DNA of 64,000 bases from Selaginella moellendorffii. Taxonomy: Eukaryota > Plantae > Lycopodiophyta. Where the stretch lies: contig NW_003314281.1 in the NCBI RefSeq assembly GCF_000143415.4, positions 1,220,481 through 1,284,480 on the forward strand, written 5' to 3'. The notes under the pieces are model-generated. The model saw only the letters and a program-made list of their open reading frames with translations, was not told the origin of the DNA and did not search any database. Shown piece by piece: positions 1 to 12,915 of this stretch (position 1 is its first letter; every line of letters starts with the position of its first letter). The translations under genes were made by a program, and so were the position numbers.

Positions 1-799
1 ATCTTAACCGACCTCCGCCATAGCCGCATTCTAACTCGTAGAACTCGAAGCCATGGCTTTCTTGTTGCCTGGATTTCTCTCTTCCCGTCATTGCTGTTGC
101 TGCTGCTACTGTTCCTGCCGATTACCGCTAGAGGTCTTCTTCCAAAGTTGTGCTCGCTTTGATACGAAGAACACCTCAAGCTTAACCGGCATCTCTTGTC
201 GTCTCCACCGCCGCTAGCCCTACTACCGCGAGGCCATAGCCGCGCTCTATGGAAACTATCCGAGCTCGAGGTAGTGAAAAGTGTACCTGTGGTGGAGACC
301 TTGTGGAATCCATAGCACGCAGCATTCATTCCGGCTCTCGCTACCTAGAAGGTAGGGCATTTGGTAAGATAAAACTCTTTCACAGGAATAAGAGTTGCTT
401 AATAGTGGTCAAACAGCCACTTGCCGGTTCGCGGTCAAAGGATGAAATCAAAGACGAGTGACTAGTGACGAGTGACCATGTAACTCCAATGTTAATGGAT
501 ACGGGGCCGCGCCAGCCATAGCAGGTGTCAAAAGCTTGGGTCGATCTGGTGGCCACAATGGGGGATGGCAAAACAAGATGAGCTTCACTTCAGCAGGGTA
601 ATTTAAATTCTTTTGACAGATCCTGAGCTCTGGCATTAGCCAGATTGCAGAAAACTTGCTGCAAGCCCAAACTGCTCCAACTCCTTGTGAGAATGTTCTT
701 AAAATTCTGAGTTCTTAGCATTTTTATGTCCAACTGCGAGATGAAGATCTGTTGTAAATCCTTCCTGAGCAAATGCTAACAAAACTTATGGACGGAGGC

Positions 800-2950
800 T
801 TTTGCCAGCATAGTTATGATTGCAAGATATTACAAAGCTTTGAAGTTGACTTATGTCTAATTGATTAAACTTACAAAATACATTTTTCCATGCTATCTAC
901 TATGCAGTCAGTCCCTGCTTTCCTATCATTTGTGTTAAAAGAAAGTGAGATAGAGTGATTTAAAATGGAAGGGAGTGATCAAAAGAAAAGAAGCGTTGGA
1001 ACCAAGAAACTAGAATTAACTAGGGCCATTTCAGTCTTAGTGTTTTTTTAGTGTTAACCATCAGTTTAGCGCATCTAAAAGGTCTACTTAGTGTTAACAA
1101 ATTTTAGCACATATTTGCCATTATTGAAAATATTTTACATTTTGAGTGAAAATTGACACAAGTAATAGAATAAAAAAGTATATAAATTAATAGATGTTGC
1201 ATAATTTATAATATAGACTAGAAATGTATTAATAAAATAAAGTAAGGCAAGCAGTGTGCTAATATAAATTTTTCACAAGAAATAAAAGAATAATATAAAA
1301 ATGTTAGTATAAAAAGTTTATATAAATTTCGGCTGTAAGGTTTGTAAATACATGTATATACTATTAAATATATATTTTTGTGGGAAAAACAATGGAAGAA
1401 AACATTAAAAAGTTTCGTCCACCTAGAAAAGAAAAATTCATAATAGTATTACTATGAGGAAAAATTAAATATTAAATTCACATATTTAGTTATATATAAT
1501 ATTTTAACTTTATGTCACTTTATAAAGGATTTAAAGACTCACAAATTAATAAAGAAAAATTATATAAAATAATACTTTAATTTTTTCTTGAAAAATTAAA
1601 GATGTGGCAATAAAATTAATAGGCAAGTAAAAATAATATAAAGTTAATCAACCTATTATTTAAATTAGAGAAACAATATTTTATTTACAATCTTGAATAA
1701 AAAAGGTTTATATATAAACAAAAGAAACTAATTTATTATTTATATTATGATACAAATTATTTATTGATCTAACCATCAACTTATTTTAGATAGAAATACT
1801 TAACAATAAAAATAGTTTTCAGTAGAAAAACTATAATATAATTTCATTTTTTATTTAGAAACATTTATAATGACTTTATGACCTTTAAAAATTTACAACA
1901 TCATTAAAAGAAAGTCAGGTTTCAAGGTAATAAGTTATTCATTATAAAACTTTAAAGAAGTTAATATTAAAATGTAAATTTTAATTTAAATATAACTCCA
2001 TAAATTAAATAATGTTAAAATGATTTTTCTGAAATTTTCTATATATCAACAAGTAAATAATTTAATATTTTTAATAATATTTTATATAATATTATGATTT
2101 GCAATATAAAGTTTATAATATCAGTAAATGCTTTGTAACATAAAAACTTACAACCTCAATAATGTATACAAAACAATAAATAATTATTTATTATGATTGA
2201 AACTCTAACTCAAAAGTGTCTAAAGAGGAACAAAATTGAGAAATAAAAGGTGCCAACCATAGCAAAAATTAATTTTGATATTCACATTGTTGTAAAAAAT
2301 AGATAAAAAATATTTTAGACTTTTTATTTTTTTTTTTTTAGTTTTTATTTTTTTAATAGTCATAAAGTGTATAGTCATAAAAATCCTAAAAAATTATGGG
2401 CTAAAAAACAAAGTTAATTTATACAAATTTTCAGAAATGCTTATGTATGGAGTTAAAGTTTTTTTTAATCTTTTCTCACTCTTTTTAAAAGTTTTTAAAA
2501 TATATTTCCATATAAAAAAGTTATAAAGTGGTATAAATGTTGTTTAGGATATAATAATATGTATATCAATTTTATATAATATAAATTAGTAAAAAACTAG
2601 TAGTGGCTGTGGTTGTGACATTTCTGTAACCTTAGTATACGCTCATTTAAAACTTAATGTAATATCCATTTTTATATTTAAATAAATACTATAACTAATT
2701 TAATTAACTATATTACTATAGTATTATAATTAATATATTATATACTTATAACTTTTTATATTAAATTAAATATTTATTAAATGTTCTATTTTATTTACAT
2801 TTCTTTAACATGTAATAGTATAATTTGCAATATAAAAAAAGGAAATTTATAAATCCTAGAGATTCTGAAAGTTAAACTTATTTAGCTCACCAACCAAATT
2901 GTTATAGTAAAAGTGACCCTAAAATAAGTGAAATTGAGTGAACTATCATG
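800..2950. other. Extremely AT-rich non-coding block, possibly a decayed transposon
   Basis: No ORF of 60 aa or more between 772 and 3038. Visibly very AT-rich compared with the flanking genes. Weak inverted ends GGGCCATTT (1023-1031) and AAGTGACCC (2911-2919). Confidence 0.4.
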
Positions 2951-2981
2951 AATTAAGTGATGGAAAGATTCACATGATCTA

Positions 2982-3246
2982 TGGAGTGCTTGTTGCCATG
3001 AGAACGAGACCGTATTGGTCATTGTTTCCAACACCCTGTGAACCAAAAGAGCTTCTCTTCATTTCTTCGGTTTACAGCTTACCTGCATTTGGACGAGAAG
3101 CTCAGTTTTGATTCGTCTCGTCTCCTTGCTCTCGTTGCCTTCACCGCATTGTCCACACAGCGAATCAATCTCGTCCCCTGGCCATTTGGAAAAAGTTGGC
3201 TACAAGCTTCTCGCTCTCCCCCAACTAGCTCTAATGAAGAAATACT
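2982..3246 (-). pseudogene. VPS4/SKD1 AAA-ATPase gene fragment
   Basis: Minus strand reads, across frameshifts, SISSLELV / GESEKLVANFFQMAR / DEIDSLCGQCGEGNESKETRRIKTELLVQMQ, then a GT-AG intron (3082-3036), then GVGNNDQYGLVLMATSTP*. This matches the VPS4 Walker B region. Confidence 0.8.
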
Positions 3247-3540
3247 GTTGTCACCAATTTATCACAGTCATACCTCAAGGTGGAGTCCGAGAACCGCTTC
3301 TGATCCCTTTTCATCACAGGGGTGCAATGTTCTGGAGATCCCCTCCATGTTCCTTGTGACAAACAGGCAATTTCATCCTCAGGCATTGCTACCTTAAGTA
3401 CGGTACACACTAACAACATAGAGAAAGGGAGCCTAGAATGTCACCTTGAGATACAAAACCAAGGCCACACTTCAGAGTCACACCTGTAGCCACAGTATAT
3501 GGCCTTCATTACTCCCGTCATCAATCTTCTACGTCCAGCT

Positions 3541-5709
3541 CTACTCGAATCGATCATCCGGGCCACTGGAACCATACAAGTTTGCCAGCAAAACGTATGA
3601 GAAGGTTCCTCCGGGATCCATCTCCAGCGCCTTCTCAGCTGCTCGGACACCAGCAATCTCATCCTTGCTCGCAGCGCAAGCCGCGAGCAAAATCCCCCAC
3701 ACAACGTCGTGAGCTTCGAAAGGCATGGCCGCCGCAATCCCGTGCGCCAAGCTCAGCTGCCCCGACCTCGCAAAGATATCTATCACGCAGCAAAAGTGCT
3801 CTCTCGCGGGAGCCACGCCAAAGTCACAGGCCATGCCAGAGAAGAGAGCCAGAGCTTCGCAAACCATGCCTCCATGGCTGCACGACGTCAACACGCTTGC
3901 GAGGGTCGTCTTGTCCGGCTTGAAACCAGCCAAGTTCATCGCCCTCAAGAGCTGGATCGCTCGCCCCGATCGCGAGTAAGCTCGGATCATCGCGTTCCAC
4001 GACACTGTGTCCTGGCAAGGCATCTCGTCGAAAGTAGTCCTGGCCTCTCGGAGGAAACCATTTTGCTCGTAGACCGTGGCCATAGCGTTCCAAGCCGCGA
4101 CGTCTCGTCCAGGCATGCTCTCAAAAACATCCCTCGCTTCATCAAGAGACCCGTTTTGTCCGAGGCCCGAGACTACCGAGCTCCACGACACGACTTGTCT
4201 CTGCGGGATCTGATCAAACAGCGCCCTGGCCTCGTCGAGGAATCCAAACTGGCAGTAAACTCCGATCATGCTGTTCCACGAGACGACGTCCCGCTGTGGC
4301 ATCTGCTCGAAAGTCTTGCGAGACTTTTCCCAGAAACCGTTTAGAGCGTATGCCATGATCGCTGCGTTGAAAGACACAACGTTGAGCTGCGGCATCCTCT
4401 CCAGCAACACCATGGATTCATCAAACAGGCCAGCGCGAGCGAATCCAGGGACCAGACTCGTCCAAGAACACATATCCCTCTCTGGAAGCTCGTCAAACTT
4501 CGCCTTCGCATCGCCCAACGAGCCGCTCTGCGCATACGCTGCAATGACCGAGTTCCACGAGACCGTGTTCCTGTGAGGGATCTTCTCAAACACCGCCAGC
4601 GCTAGATCGATGCTGCAGCACTGCTCCCCAGCGATCACCAGCGCCGTCCACGAGATCACGTCCCTCTCCGGCATCTGATCAAACAGAAACTTCGATTCCT
4701 CCATATACCCATTCCGAGCATACGCTGAAACGATGGAGTTCCACGACACCAGATCCCTGTGAGGCATCCTCTCAAACACCGTCCTCGCTCGATCGACATC
4801 AAAGTCACAGAGAAAAGATCTAGCCATCGTGTTCCACGCGCCGACACTGCGATTCTCCATAGAATCAAACGTCGATTTCGCCTCTAGCACACGGCCATTC
4901 TGGGCGAGGAGCAAAACCATCACGCAGCACGCCACGGAATCCTTCTCGCCCATCGCATCGAATGCCCTCCTCGCCTCGTCGATCAATCCACACTCCGAGA
5001 ATGTGACGATCATCGCGGTGGCCAAGACAGTGTCGTGCTGGGGCATTTGTTCATACACTCTCTTGGCGCCATAGACATTCCCAGCGCCGGCATATGCCTT
5101 GACCACGCCAGTCCACGCAAGCACGGTCAACTTGGGCATCCGGTCAAACAGCCACTTGGCATCCGCCGGTTCGCTGGCGCAAATGAGGCAATTCCACGCA
5201 ACCTCGTTCCACGCGGGCATCCGGTCAAAGATTTTCTTTGCGTAGCTGGCGCACTGCGATTGGGCGTAGCCCGTGACCATCGTGTTCCACGTCACTAGGT
5301 CGCGGTGGCGGCGCATGCTTTGAAAGAGTGTTCTTGCGGCGTCTAGATGCCCTCTCTGGGCATATGCGGAGATCATGGAGTTCCACGAGATTGTATCCGC
5401 GACCGGGAGCATTCGATCGAAGAGCTTCCTGGCCTCGCCCACGAATCCATTGCGGATGTAGACGAAGAGCATGAGATTCCAGGAGCGAGTGTCGGGGTCG
5501 TGGATCATGGAATCGAAGACGAGCGATGCCGCCCGGAGGTCTGCGCAGCTGCCATACATGGCGAGGAGGTGCTCGGCGACGATCTTGGAGGCGGCGAGGC
5601 GGGGATCGCCCTGGATGTAGCGGTGCAACCGCTTGCCCTCTTCCAGATCCCTGGCCTTGGCGCAGGATTTGAGGCGAGAGAGGAGCTCCTCGGCCGAGAA
5701 CTTTCTCAT
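3541..5709 (-). CDS. PLS-class PPR protein (mostly 31-aa SS-type repeats) with E domain, no DYW; putative organellar C-to-U editing factor
   Basis: Intronless ORF with repeated WNxxxxxYAxxG...A...FxxMP units and a C-terminal EHFCCVIDIFARSG...WGILLAAC...SYVLLANLY E domain. First ATG at 5709. Confidence 0.92.
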   Translation of the reverse strand: MRKFSAEELLSRLKSCAKARDLEEGKRLHRYIQGDPRLAASKIVAEHLLAMYGSCADLRAASLVFDSMIHDPDTRSWNLMLFVYIRNGFVGEARKLFDRMLPVADTISWNSMISAYAQRGHLDAARTLFQSMRRHRDLVTWNTMVTGYAQSQCASYAKKIFDRMPAWNEVAWNCLICASEPADAKWLFDRMPKLTVLAWTGVVKAYAGAGNVYGAKRVYEQMPQHDTVLATAMIVTFSECGLIDEARRAFDAMGEKDSVACCVMVLLLAQNGRVLEAKSTFDSMENRSVGAWNTMARSFLCDFDVDRARTVFERMPHRDLVSWNSIVSAYARNGYMEESKFLFDQMPERDVISWTALVIAGEQCCSIDLALAVFEKIPHRNTVSWNSVIAAYAQSGSLGDAKAKFDELPERDMCSWTSLVPGFARAGLFDESMVLLERMPQLNVVSFNAAIMAYALNGFWEKSRKTFEQMPQRDVVSWNSMIGVYCQFGFLDEARALFDQIPQRQVVSWSSVVSGLGQNGSLDEARDVFESMPGRDVAAWNAMATVYEQNGFLREARTTFDEMPCQDTVSWNAMIRAYSRSGRAIQLLRAMNLAGFKPDKTTLASVLTSCSHGGMVCEALALFSGMACDFGVAPAREHFCCVIDIFARSGQLSLAHGIAAAMPFEAHDVVWGILLAACAASKDEIAGVRAAEKALEMDPGGTFSYVLLANLYGSSGPDDRFE

Positions 5710-5967
5710 CAAATCCTCGCTCTCCGCCGCACATTTTGTCGATCATGGAACCTCCGGAGCTAAATTCCGATGTTGGGCGAGTGAGACTGCGCGTGTATAG
5801 CTGCTGGAATCCAGATCGAATAGACTCTCCATGCGCTCAAAGCGCCATAGCCATGCCCTAAATTACTGTTAGATCGGACGGACAATATTTAAATAAGTTT
5901 CCCGCAAAGTAGAGATCCACCGTCCCTTGTGGAGGAATTAGGGTTCCTGAGTAAATCGTGCAATGGA

Positions 5968-7575
5968 ATGGAATCGCTCCTCCACAATCACGCCTCCATC
6001 GACATCCACACATACGCCACTCTTCTCCAGCAATGCGGCGAGCGCCGGGCTCTCGGCGACGGCAAAGCCCTCCACGCCCACATTGCGTCGCGGCTGCCAA
6101 ATCCCCCACTCTTCCTCTCGAATCACTTGCTGGGCATGTACGCCAAATGCGGCAGCGCCCGCGACGCGCTCGCGGCCTTCGATTCCATGCGCGATCGCAA
6201 CGTCGTCTCCTGGACAACCATCGTCACCGCATTTGCCCACGCCGGGCATCCCACCGCCGCGCTGCGTCTCTTCCAGCGCATGCTCGCGGAAGGCATCGCT
6301 CCAAACAAGGTGACATTCGTCGCTGTTCTTCACGCCTGTAGCGATTCCCGCGAGCTCCTCGATCCTGGAAGGATGATCCACCGCTGCTGCGAGGAGTCCG
6401 GCCTCACTCGCGATCGCTCCGTCGCGATCTCGCTCGCCAACATGTATGGCAAGTGCGGGGACGTCGACACCGCCGCCTCGATGCTCGATGAGATGTTCCA
6501 GCCGGATGTGATCGCCTGGAGCGCGGTGATCACTGGATTCGCGCAGCAGGGGCGGAGCTCCGACGCTCTCCATCTCTTCCGGAGGATGCAGCACGAAGGC
6601 GTGATCGCCAACAAGATCACGCTCGTCGCCACCCTCAGCGCTTGCACGAACAGCTCGGCTCTGGCCGATGGGAAGTTTCTCCATTCTTTAATCGCCGAGA
6701 AGAAGCTCGAGAGTGATGTGATCGTCGGCGGAGCTCTTGTCACCATGTATACCAACTGTGGAAGCCTGGACGACGCTCGCCTGGCCTTTGGAGCTGTGAG
6801 ACGTCCCAACGTCATCGCCTGGACTGCCATGATCTCTGCATGCGTCCACTTTGGAGAGCTCGACGAGGCGCTCCAGATCTTCCGCTTGATAGAAGCCCAG
6901 TGCCTGGACGATCGCGAGCTCCTCCTCGACGGTATAGTTTTCGTGCCGCTCATCAATGCCTGTGCTCGTCTCACGGATCTCTCCCAGGGCCGACGGCTTC
7001 ACGCTCGGATCTCCAGCGATGAGAGCATCAAAGTCGACGTCCAGCTCGGGAACGCGCTCGTCAACATGTACTCCAAGTGTGGCAGCGTCGAGGAGGCCGC
7101 GAGAGTTTTCGATGGGATGAAGTACCGGAGCACTGTCAGCTGGAACACGATGATCTCGGCGTACGCGGTCGCTGGTCACAGTGACAAGGTGCTGTGGATG
7201 TTTCACAGGATGCAGCAGGACGGTGTCGAGCCGGACGAAGTGAGCTTTGTCGGAGTCCTCTCGGCTTGCAATGCTGCTGGGACTGTCGAGGAGGGATGCA
7301 AGTACTTCGGACTTTGCTGCGAGGACTACCGCATTTTGTTGGAGCCGCAGCACTTCGGGTGTTTGATCGACTTGCTCGGCCGGGTTGGATATCTGGACGA
7401 GGCGGAAAGGCTGCTCAGGAGAATGACGGAGCCAGATGTCATGGCCTGGATGATGATGCTGGACGCTTGTCGAGTTCACAACGACTTGACACGAGCTAAA
7501 GCTGCTGCCGAGCGTGTTCTTGAGCTGGATCCTGGAAACAGTGCGGCTTATATCATGTATACTCAATCAAGTTAA
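5968..7575 (+). CDS. PLS-class PPR protein with truncated E domain
   Basis: P-L-S triplets (LLGMYAKCGS, NVVSWTTIVTAFAHAG, PNKVTFVAVLHAC), then QHFGCLIDLLGRVG. First ATG (MESLLH) at 5968. Divergent from the previous PPR. Confidence 0.92.
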   Translation: MESLLHNHASIDIHTYATLLQQCGERRALGDGKALHAHIASRLPNPPLFLSNHLLGMYAKCGSARDALAAFDSMRDRNVVSWTTIVTAFAHAGHPTAALRLFQRMLAEGIAPNKVTFVAVLHACSDSRELLDPGRMIHRCCEESGLTRDRSVAISLANMYGKCGDVDTAASMLDEMFQPDVIAWSAVITGFAQQGRSSDALHLFRRMQHEGVIANKITLVATLSACTNSSALADGKFLHSLIAEKKLESDVIVGGALVTMYTNCGSLDDARLAFGAVRRPNVIAWTAMISACVHFGELDEALQIFRLIEAQCLDDRELLLDGIVFVPLINACARLTDLSQGRRLHARISSDESIKVDVQLGNALVNMYSKCGSVEEAARVFDGMKYRSTVSWNTMISAYAVAGHSDKVLWMFHRMQQDGVEPDEVSFVGVLSACNAAGTVEEGCKYFGLCCEDYRILLEPQHFGCLIDLLGRVGYLDEAERLLRRMTEPDVMAWMMMLDACRVHNDLTRAKAAAERVLELDPGNSAAYIMYTQSS

Positions 7576-7662
7576 AAAGCTTGAATTTTTTTCCACTCAC
7601 CTTAGTTAAGTCATGCGTACCAAAGAGCAATGGAAACTTTGCTCTCGAGCCAAGAGCTGCTG

Positions 7663-9290
7663 TTACGTTTGAGAGTCGTCGACGAATAGAGCTACACAGC
7701 TGCAGGCTACGGAAGTTAACACGTACCAGACGATGCCAGCAAGAAGTGGCTGCATGCCTGGAGTCGAGGCGAGGTCCTGGAGCACTGAGCTGAACCGATC
7801 TGAGTGTGCCGCTCCTGAACTGGCCGCAGCTTGAGATATCTGGGAGCTGGATACCGTTTGAAACTGGACAACCAGAGCCGCAGCCAAAGAGACCGCCACT
7901 GGAACAGCTTGTCTCATCATAAAAAGCTTTTGCTGCTTTTCCGATGGTCGGTGGATCCGAGGTGGTGTTTTAGTGGCCGCGTCAACACGGGTGGCAGGCG
8001 TTGTAGACGTTGATGACGAGTTCTCAATGGGGGTAGTTACGTTACTGAGAGGTTCCCAGTACTCCTCAGCTTGAGCATAGGAAGATTCCCGTTGTTGAGT
8101 GACGGCTTCGTACAAAGCTTTCATCTTGCCTTGTGCGAACAGTGATCCCCTGAAGGCTTGATTATACACATCCTTAGCGAACCAGCTGAGCGGAACGATT
8201 GCTCCCTGCGAGGATCTCGCATGATCGAAGTCGTCCGATGAGGAGTAGCTTTTCCCAACAAAAAAATGCCACCACCTTCCAGCTCGGGCTTGTATAGCAT
8301 CAGTAGCAGCCGTTCTGTATTTCTGTGCAGGGTTTTCCTGAAGAAAAGCGCGTGTCAGCTACAAATCAAGTACAAAAAGAACTGCGTACCTTTTCAGATT
8401 GAAACTCTGCATTTTTCTTCAAGAACTTTTCTGCGCTCTTGAAAACGTCGATTGCACGCTCGCCGGGGCTGTTTTCAGGCTCTATGTTTACCGTATAGCG
8501 AGGCTGTTTAGCCATGAGATACTCGAGAGCTGCTAGTTTCCCTCTATCCACCCACCTATAGAAACAAAGCTTTTAGAAACAGAAAATCTTCAATCACTAG
8601 AAAAACTTACGAAATGCAATCCACGGGACAAGCTCGGATAGCATCGTCGATAACTGGCTTCGAATCACCCCACTGTGAAACTGCCCGAGCTCGACCATAG
8701 CGTTTCTCAACAGCAAAAGTGTTGGACGCAATGAGAGCACACTTCAAGCAGCCAATGCAGCGTACTTCGTCCACAAAAACGGCCTTTTCTTCGCTTGCTG
8801 GTCCCATCCATCTGGAATAGAGCGGCTCGCCCGTGAATCCTTCGAACTGAATCCATTCAGCACGGACCTGTGAAAACAAAGAAGAGAAACTCATGTCTTC
8901 CAGAAAAGAAAAGAAGAAAGAAAATCTTACAGCGTCGTATGAACCACGGCTGGTCGGATCGGAGAGAATGGCGTAGGCCTCATTGAGAAGAATCGACATG
9001 TCGTGTCCCAGCTCGCCGGCGACATCCGGATGGCATTTCTTCTGGAGCCATCGGTATGCTTTCTTGATCTCCGGCTGTGGCGCGGAATTCTCGACGCCAA
9101 GGAGCTCATACAGATCATAGCCATAGTAGCTCTTGCCGGTGCTGCCGCTGCTGCTTCTACCAGCGTGAGCCCTACATTTGAATCTAGACGGCCGCGGACG
9201 AGTACCTTGCCGTGCTCTCACGAGCGACGAATCGATCGCCATCCCAGGAGCCAGATTCAAGCCCGATGTAAACGCCAGCGCCATTGCCAT
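7663..9290 (-). CDS. Chloroplast J-domain/ferredoxin chaperone (DJC76/CDJ3-5 type), multi-exon
   Basis: Transit-peptide-like N-terminus, J domain with HPD (KKCHPDVAG), ferredoxin motif VDEVRCIGCLKC...ACPVDCI, short GT-AG introns. Confidence 0.9.
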
Positions 9291-9356
9291 CGCCCGAGAG
9301 AGAAGAAGAGAGCCCTAGCAAGAAAGCTCGAAAAATATCACACTTGGCGCGTAAGG

Positions 9357-9378
9357 GACACGTCACGGAGACACGTCA
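9357..9378 (-). promoter_or_regulatory. Two tandem TGACGTGTC (C/G-hybrid ACGT box) sites upstream of the DJC76-type gene
   Basis: GACACGTCA occurs at 9357-9365 and 9370-9378, ~70-90 bp upstream of the ATG. bZIP-type sites. Confidence 0.5.
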
Positions 9379-10819
9379 TGTGGCACTTTTTACACTTTTC
9401 CAACACCAAAGGAGTCGAACCCGCGACCAGCAAAAGGTAGGCTCTATTCTCTGGAATCTTCCACAAAAGCCAAGCCCTAAAGTCAAAGTGGATTGACAAG
9501 TTGGTGTGACCTGCCTCTAGAGTCAACGCAACGAATTGTCCATGAACGCCTTTAAGCCACTTGCACCCACCAAAGCCTCCAGCGTCAAGATCAACAAAGG
9601 AGGTTAAAATACAACGCTGTGAAAGAAAGTGGCCAGCGAGCGAGCAAAAAGCTCATGCCTTTACTCCCCTTTATTTCTTCTGGGACAATACAAACAAGAG
9701 CGTGAGAGAGGTACCCATAAAACAAGATTTTTCTCCCCACCTTTCAAGCATGGCTGGACCCGAGATTGTTTACGCGTATCGTAGATCCCCAGAGATCCAT
9801 CCTGATTCTCCAGCTTTCCTTAGCGTTGGATCAAGCCTTTGTTTAGTCCTGGAGAACGTGTGAGTGTGTCAGGGGGGGCGAAGATCATCCAGCCTTTCTC
9901 TAGAATCGAAGAAAACATAGAAAAGTCAAACCTGAGAGTATGGGTGGGGTGATCTCGAGCTCCTCAAAAATCAATCAGTCACCTTGACTGGTTCGGATCT
10001 CGTCACTCTCGTCGCCGCATGACCCCTCTTTTTGGCCACACCGAGGATTTTTCCTCTGCAGGGATCGAGTGCTACCTTTTCCTTATTTTATTCCTCCGTG
10101 AAGAAATCTCATCAGACTTTTCTGCCGCCGAGTTTTCGCCCACTGTTCACACAAAAATGTGTTAAAACTTGGACCAGGATTGCCGCCACCGTGGACCAAA
10201 TAAACACGAACCTGTAGAGGGAGAGACTTGTTGGAGCATTATTTCTTTGAAATCCTTGTGAAGGTGAATGAATTCACTACCTGCAAAGTCTTAAGTAGAT
10301 AAGAGGAATAGACTGCAAAGACAACCATAAGTCTCACCAAGAGCAGTTCTTTTTGTGGCCCCAGCCGAGCAGCAGCACGGTTTCTGGCTTGTTTCCAGCT
10401 CCAGTGTCTCAGAGCGTTTGTTGCATGGTCGCAGCTTCTTTTTAAACTCGAAAGAATCCGCCTACACTGCCGTGCCCGTTTCCGGAGTGCGCTGCAAGCT
10501 CTGCGATGCCATAGCCTGGAGAGCAAAGCCGAGAAGAAGGGAAAAAAATATATATATGCGTGTGAGTTGTGAGTAAGAGTCTATAGAGCATGCTGAATTG
10601 CACAGACCTTTAAAATGTGTCAGGCGGCGAATATTTGGTACACACGCTCTTTGCTGTCGAGGTGATGGATGCAGTAGCAGGAGCAGCATGCCCCAAGTGA
10701 CTGCCTTGATGAGAACAAACCCCTGCAAGAAATCAATGAATGAGCTATGAATGATCATCTGTAAGTGGAAGTAGTAGTAGCTCTCAACTCACCAGGGACG
10801 GGACCAAGACACCAAAGCG

Positions 10820-12915
10820 ATGGCAGCTTACAATCTTCGGCAGCAGCAAAACCGGCGTTTCTGGTGTTGTTGCAGCCTGCTGCCGGTGCTAATCCTCTTG
10901 ATAGATGCTCAAGCACAGCAGCAAAACCAGAGTCAGGATGTGTCCACGTTGCTGAAAATCAAACCTGCCTTGGATACCAATCCGGCTCTGCCGCTGCTGC
11001 TAAGTTGGAGTTTCCAAAATCCTCTATGCAACTGGCAAGGCGTGCAGTGGATGCTCAATGATGGAACGCCGGTGAATTGCTCGGTTCCAGCCACAGCACT
11101 CAATGACAGTCTTGCTCAAGACCCGTCCATTCTTGTCGAAAGCATCACTCTCACCAAGCTTCAAGGGGCTCTAGTCGGCACCATTCCTCCAGAAATCGGT
11201 CTTCTCTCGGGTCTCAGGAAGCTCGAGCTCAGCAGCAACAATTTAACCGGTCCCATCCCCGAAGAGATCTCCAATGCCTCCAGTCTCGCCTTCATTCACC
11301 TTGGTAACAATCGACTCAACGGGAGCATTCCTTCGACAATCTGGAAGCTGTGTGGTGTCCTCGCCGAGCTTGACTTGGATCACAACCAGCTCTCCGGAAG
11401 CATTCCAGTTGCCGCAGATCCAAAAGCCAGGTGCTCTAACTTGACATCTCTCCGCCTCAACAGCAACAATCTTTCCGGCCTGGTTCCATCTGAGTTCCTC
11501 AAGTCCCTGGCTCCAAGCTTGACGGAGCTCGACTTAAGCAACAACATCCTTCTCGGAGGAGTAGTAGCAGCACCGGGAGCAACCAGTATTCAATCCAATG
11601 CGGCAGCTCCAGCTACTTCCCCAGCACTGGTGGCGGCACCTTCCACGGGGTCGAGCAAGTTATCCGCTGGGGCAGTGTCCGGTATCATAATTGGAGTTCT
11701 CGTAGCCACTGTTCTGCTGCTATCACTTCTCATCGGGATTTGTAGTAGCAACAGATCTCCAATAGCGTCAAAGCTGACGACTTCTCCGTCACTTCACCGT
11801 GAGCTTGACGAGGCAGAGGATGCTACGACTGGAAAGCTTGTTGCATTTGAGGGAGGCGAGCGATTCAACGCCGACCAGGTACTTAATGCGTCAGGTGAAG
11901 TGTTGGGAAAGACGAGCTACGGCACCGTGTACAAAGCCAAGCTCCAGGCTGGGCCGATGATAACTCTCAGGCTGCTCCGCGATGGAAGTGTCAAGGACCG
12001 GGACGAGTTTGTGTCCGCTGTCAAGGAGCTGGGACTTATCCGCCATAGAAATCTGGTACCTCTTCGAGCTTATTACCACGGACCAAAAGACGAAAAGCTG
12101 CTCGTTTACGACTACATTCCCAAGGGAAACCTCCAAGAGCTGATACATAGTAAGTCTTTCTTTCTGCTTTCCCTGCATGGTTACACTCAGTAGGACGTCA
12201 ACTAAAGGAAAAGAATGCTAACCTTTTGCCTGGATCAGGATCCACCGCTTACGCTCCAGCTCCATCTTGGGCAATACGGCACAAAATCGCACTGGGAGCA
12301 GCTCGAGGACTGGGCCATCTCCACACAGGCTTGCACCTTCCCCTGCTGCATGGGAACCTCAAGTCGAAGAACATCTTGGTTGACGAGAACTTCGAGCCAC
12401 ATCTATCCGACTTTGGCCTCCATTTGCTCATGAACGCTGCGGCAAGCAACGAGATGATCACTGCTCAAGCTACCCAAGGCTACAAGGCGCCGGAGCTTAC
12501 CAGGATCAAGAAAGCCAACACCAAGACCGACATCTACAGCTTCGGGATCATCCTGCTGGAGCTCCTGACAGGGAAAAAACCCGGAAACTTAGCCGCTGGA
12601 GACAACGATAGCGTCACGGTGGTGGACTTACCCACATTGGTGAAAACCGCGGTGATCGAGGAGAGGACGGCCGAGCTGTTTGATCTCGATCTGCTACGAG
12701 GATTGCGGAGCCCGATGGAGGACGGCCTCCTCCAAGCCCTTCAGCTGGCCATGGGATGCTGCGCGCCATCGCCGGCGGTACGCCCGGACATCAAGGAGGT
12801 AATCCGGCAGCTGGAAGAGATCAGGCCAAAGATCCACTCGCCAATCTTCACGCCGGTGTCGCATTCTCGAAACTCGCCCCGGATTCCACTGTCGCCGCTG
12901 AGAGACGCATCGTGA
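10820..12915 (+). CDS. TMKL1: LRR receptor-like pseudokinase, TMKL1 type (2 exons)
   Basis: Signal peptide, LRRs and a TM helix, then GKTSYGTVYKAKL...ITLRLLRDG (no beta3 Lys), HGNLKSKN, DFG. One intron at ~12150-12238. Confidence 0.85.

Noticed and set aside
1-800. Short ORFs at the window start
   Set aside because: No recognisable motifs or consistent gene structure.
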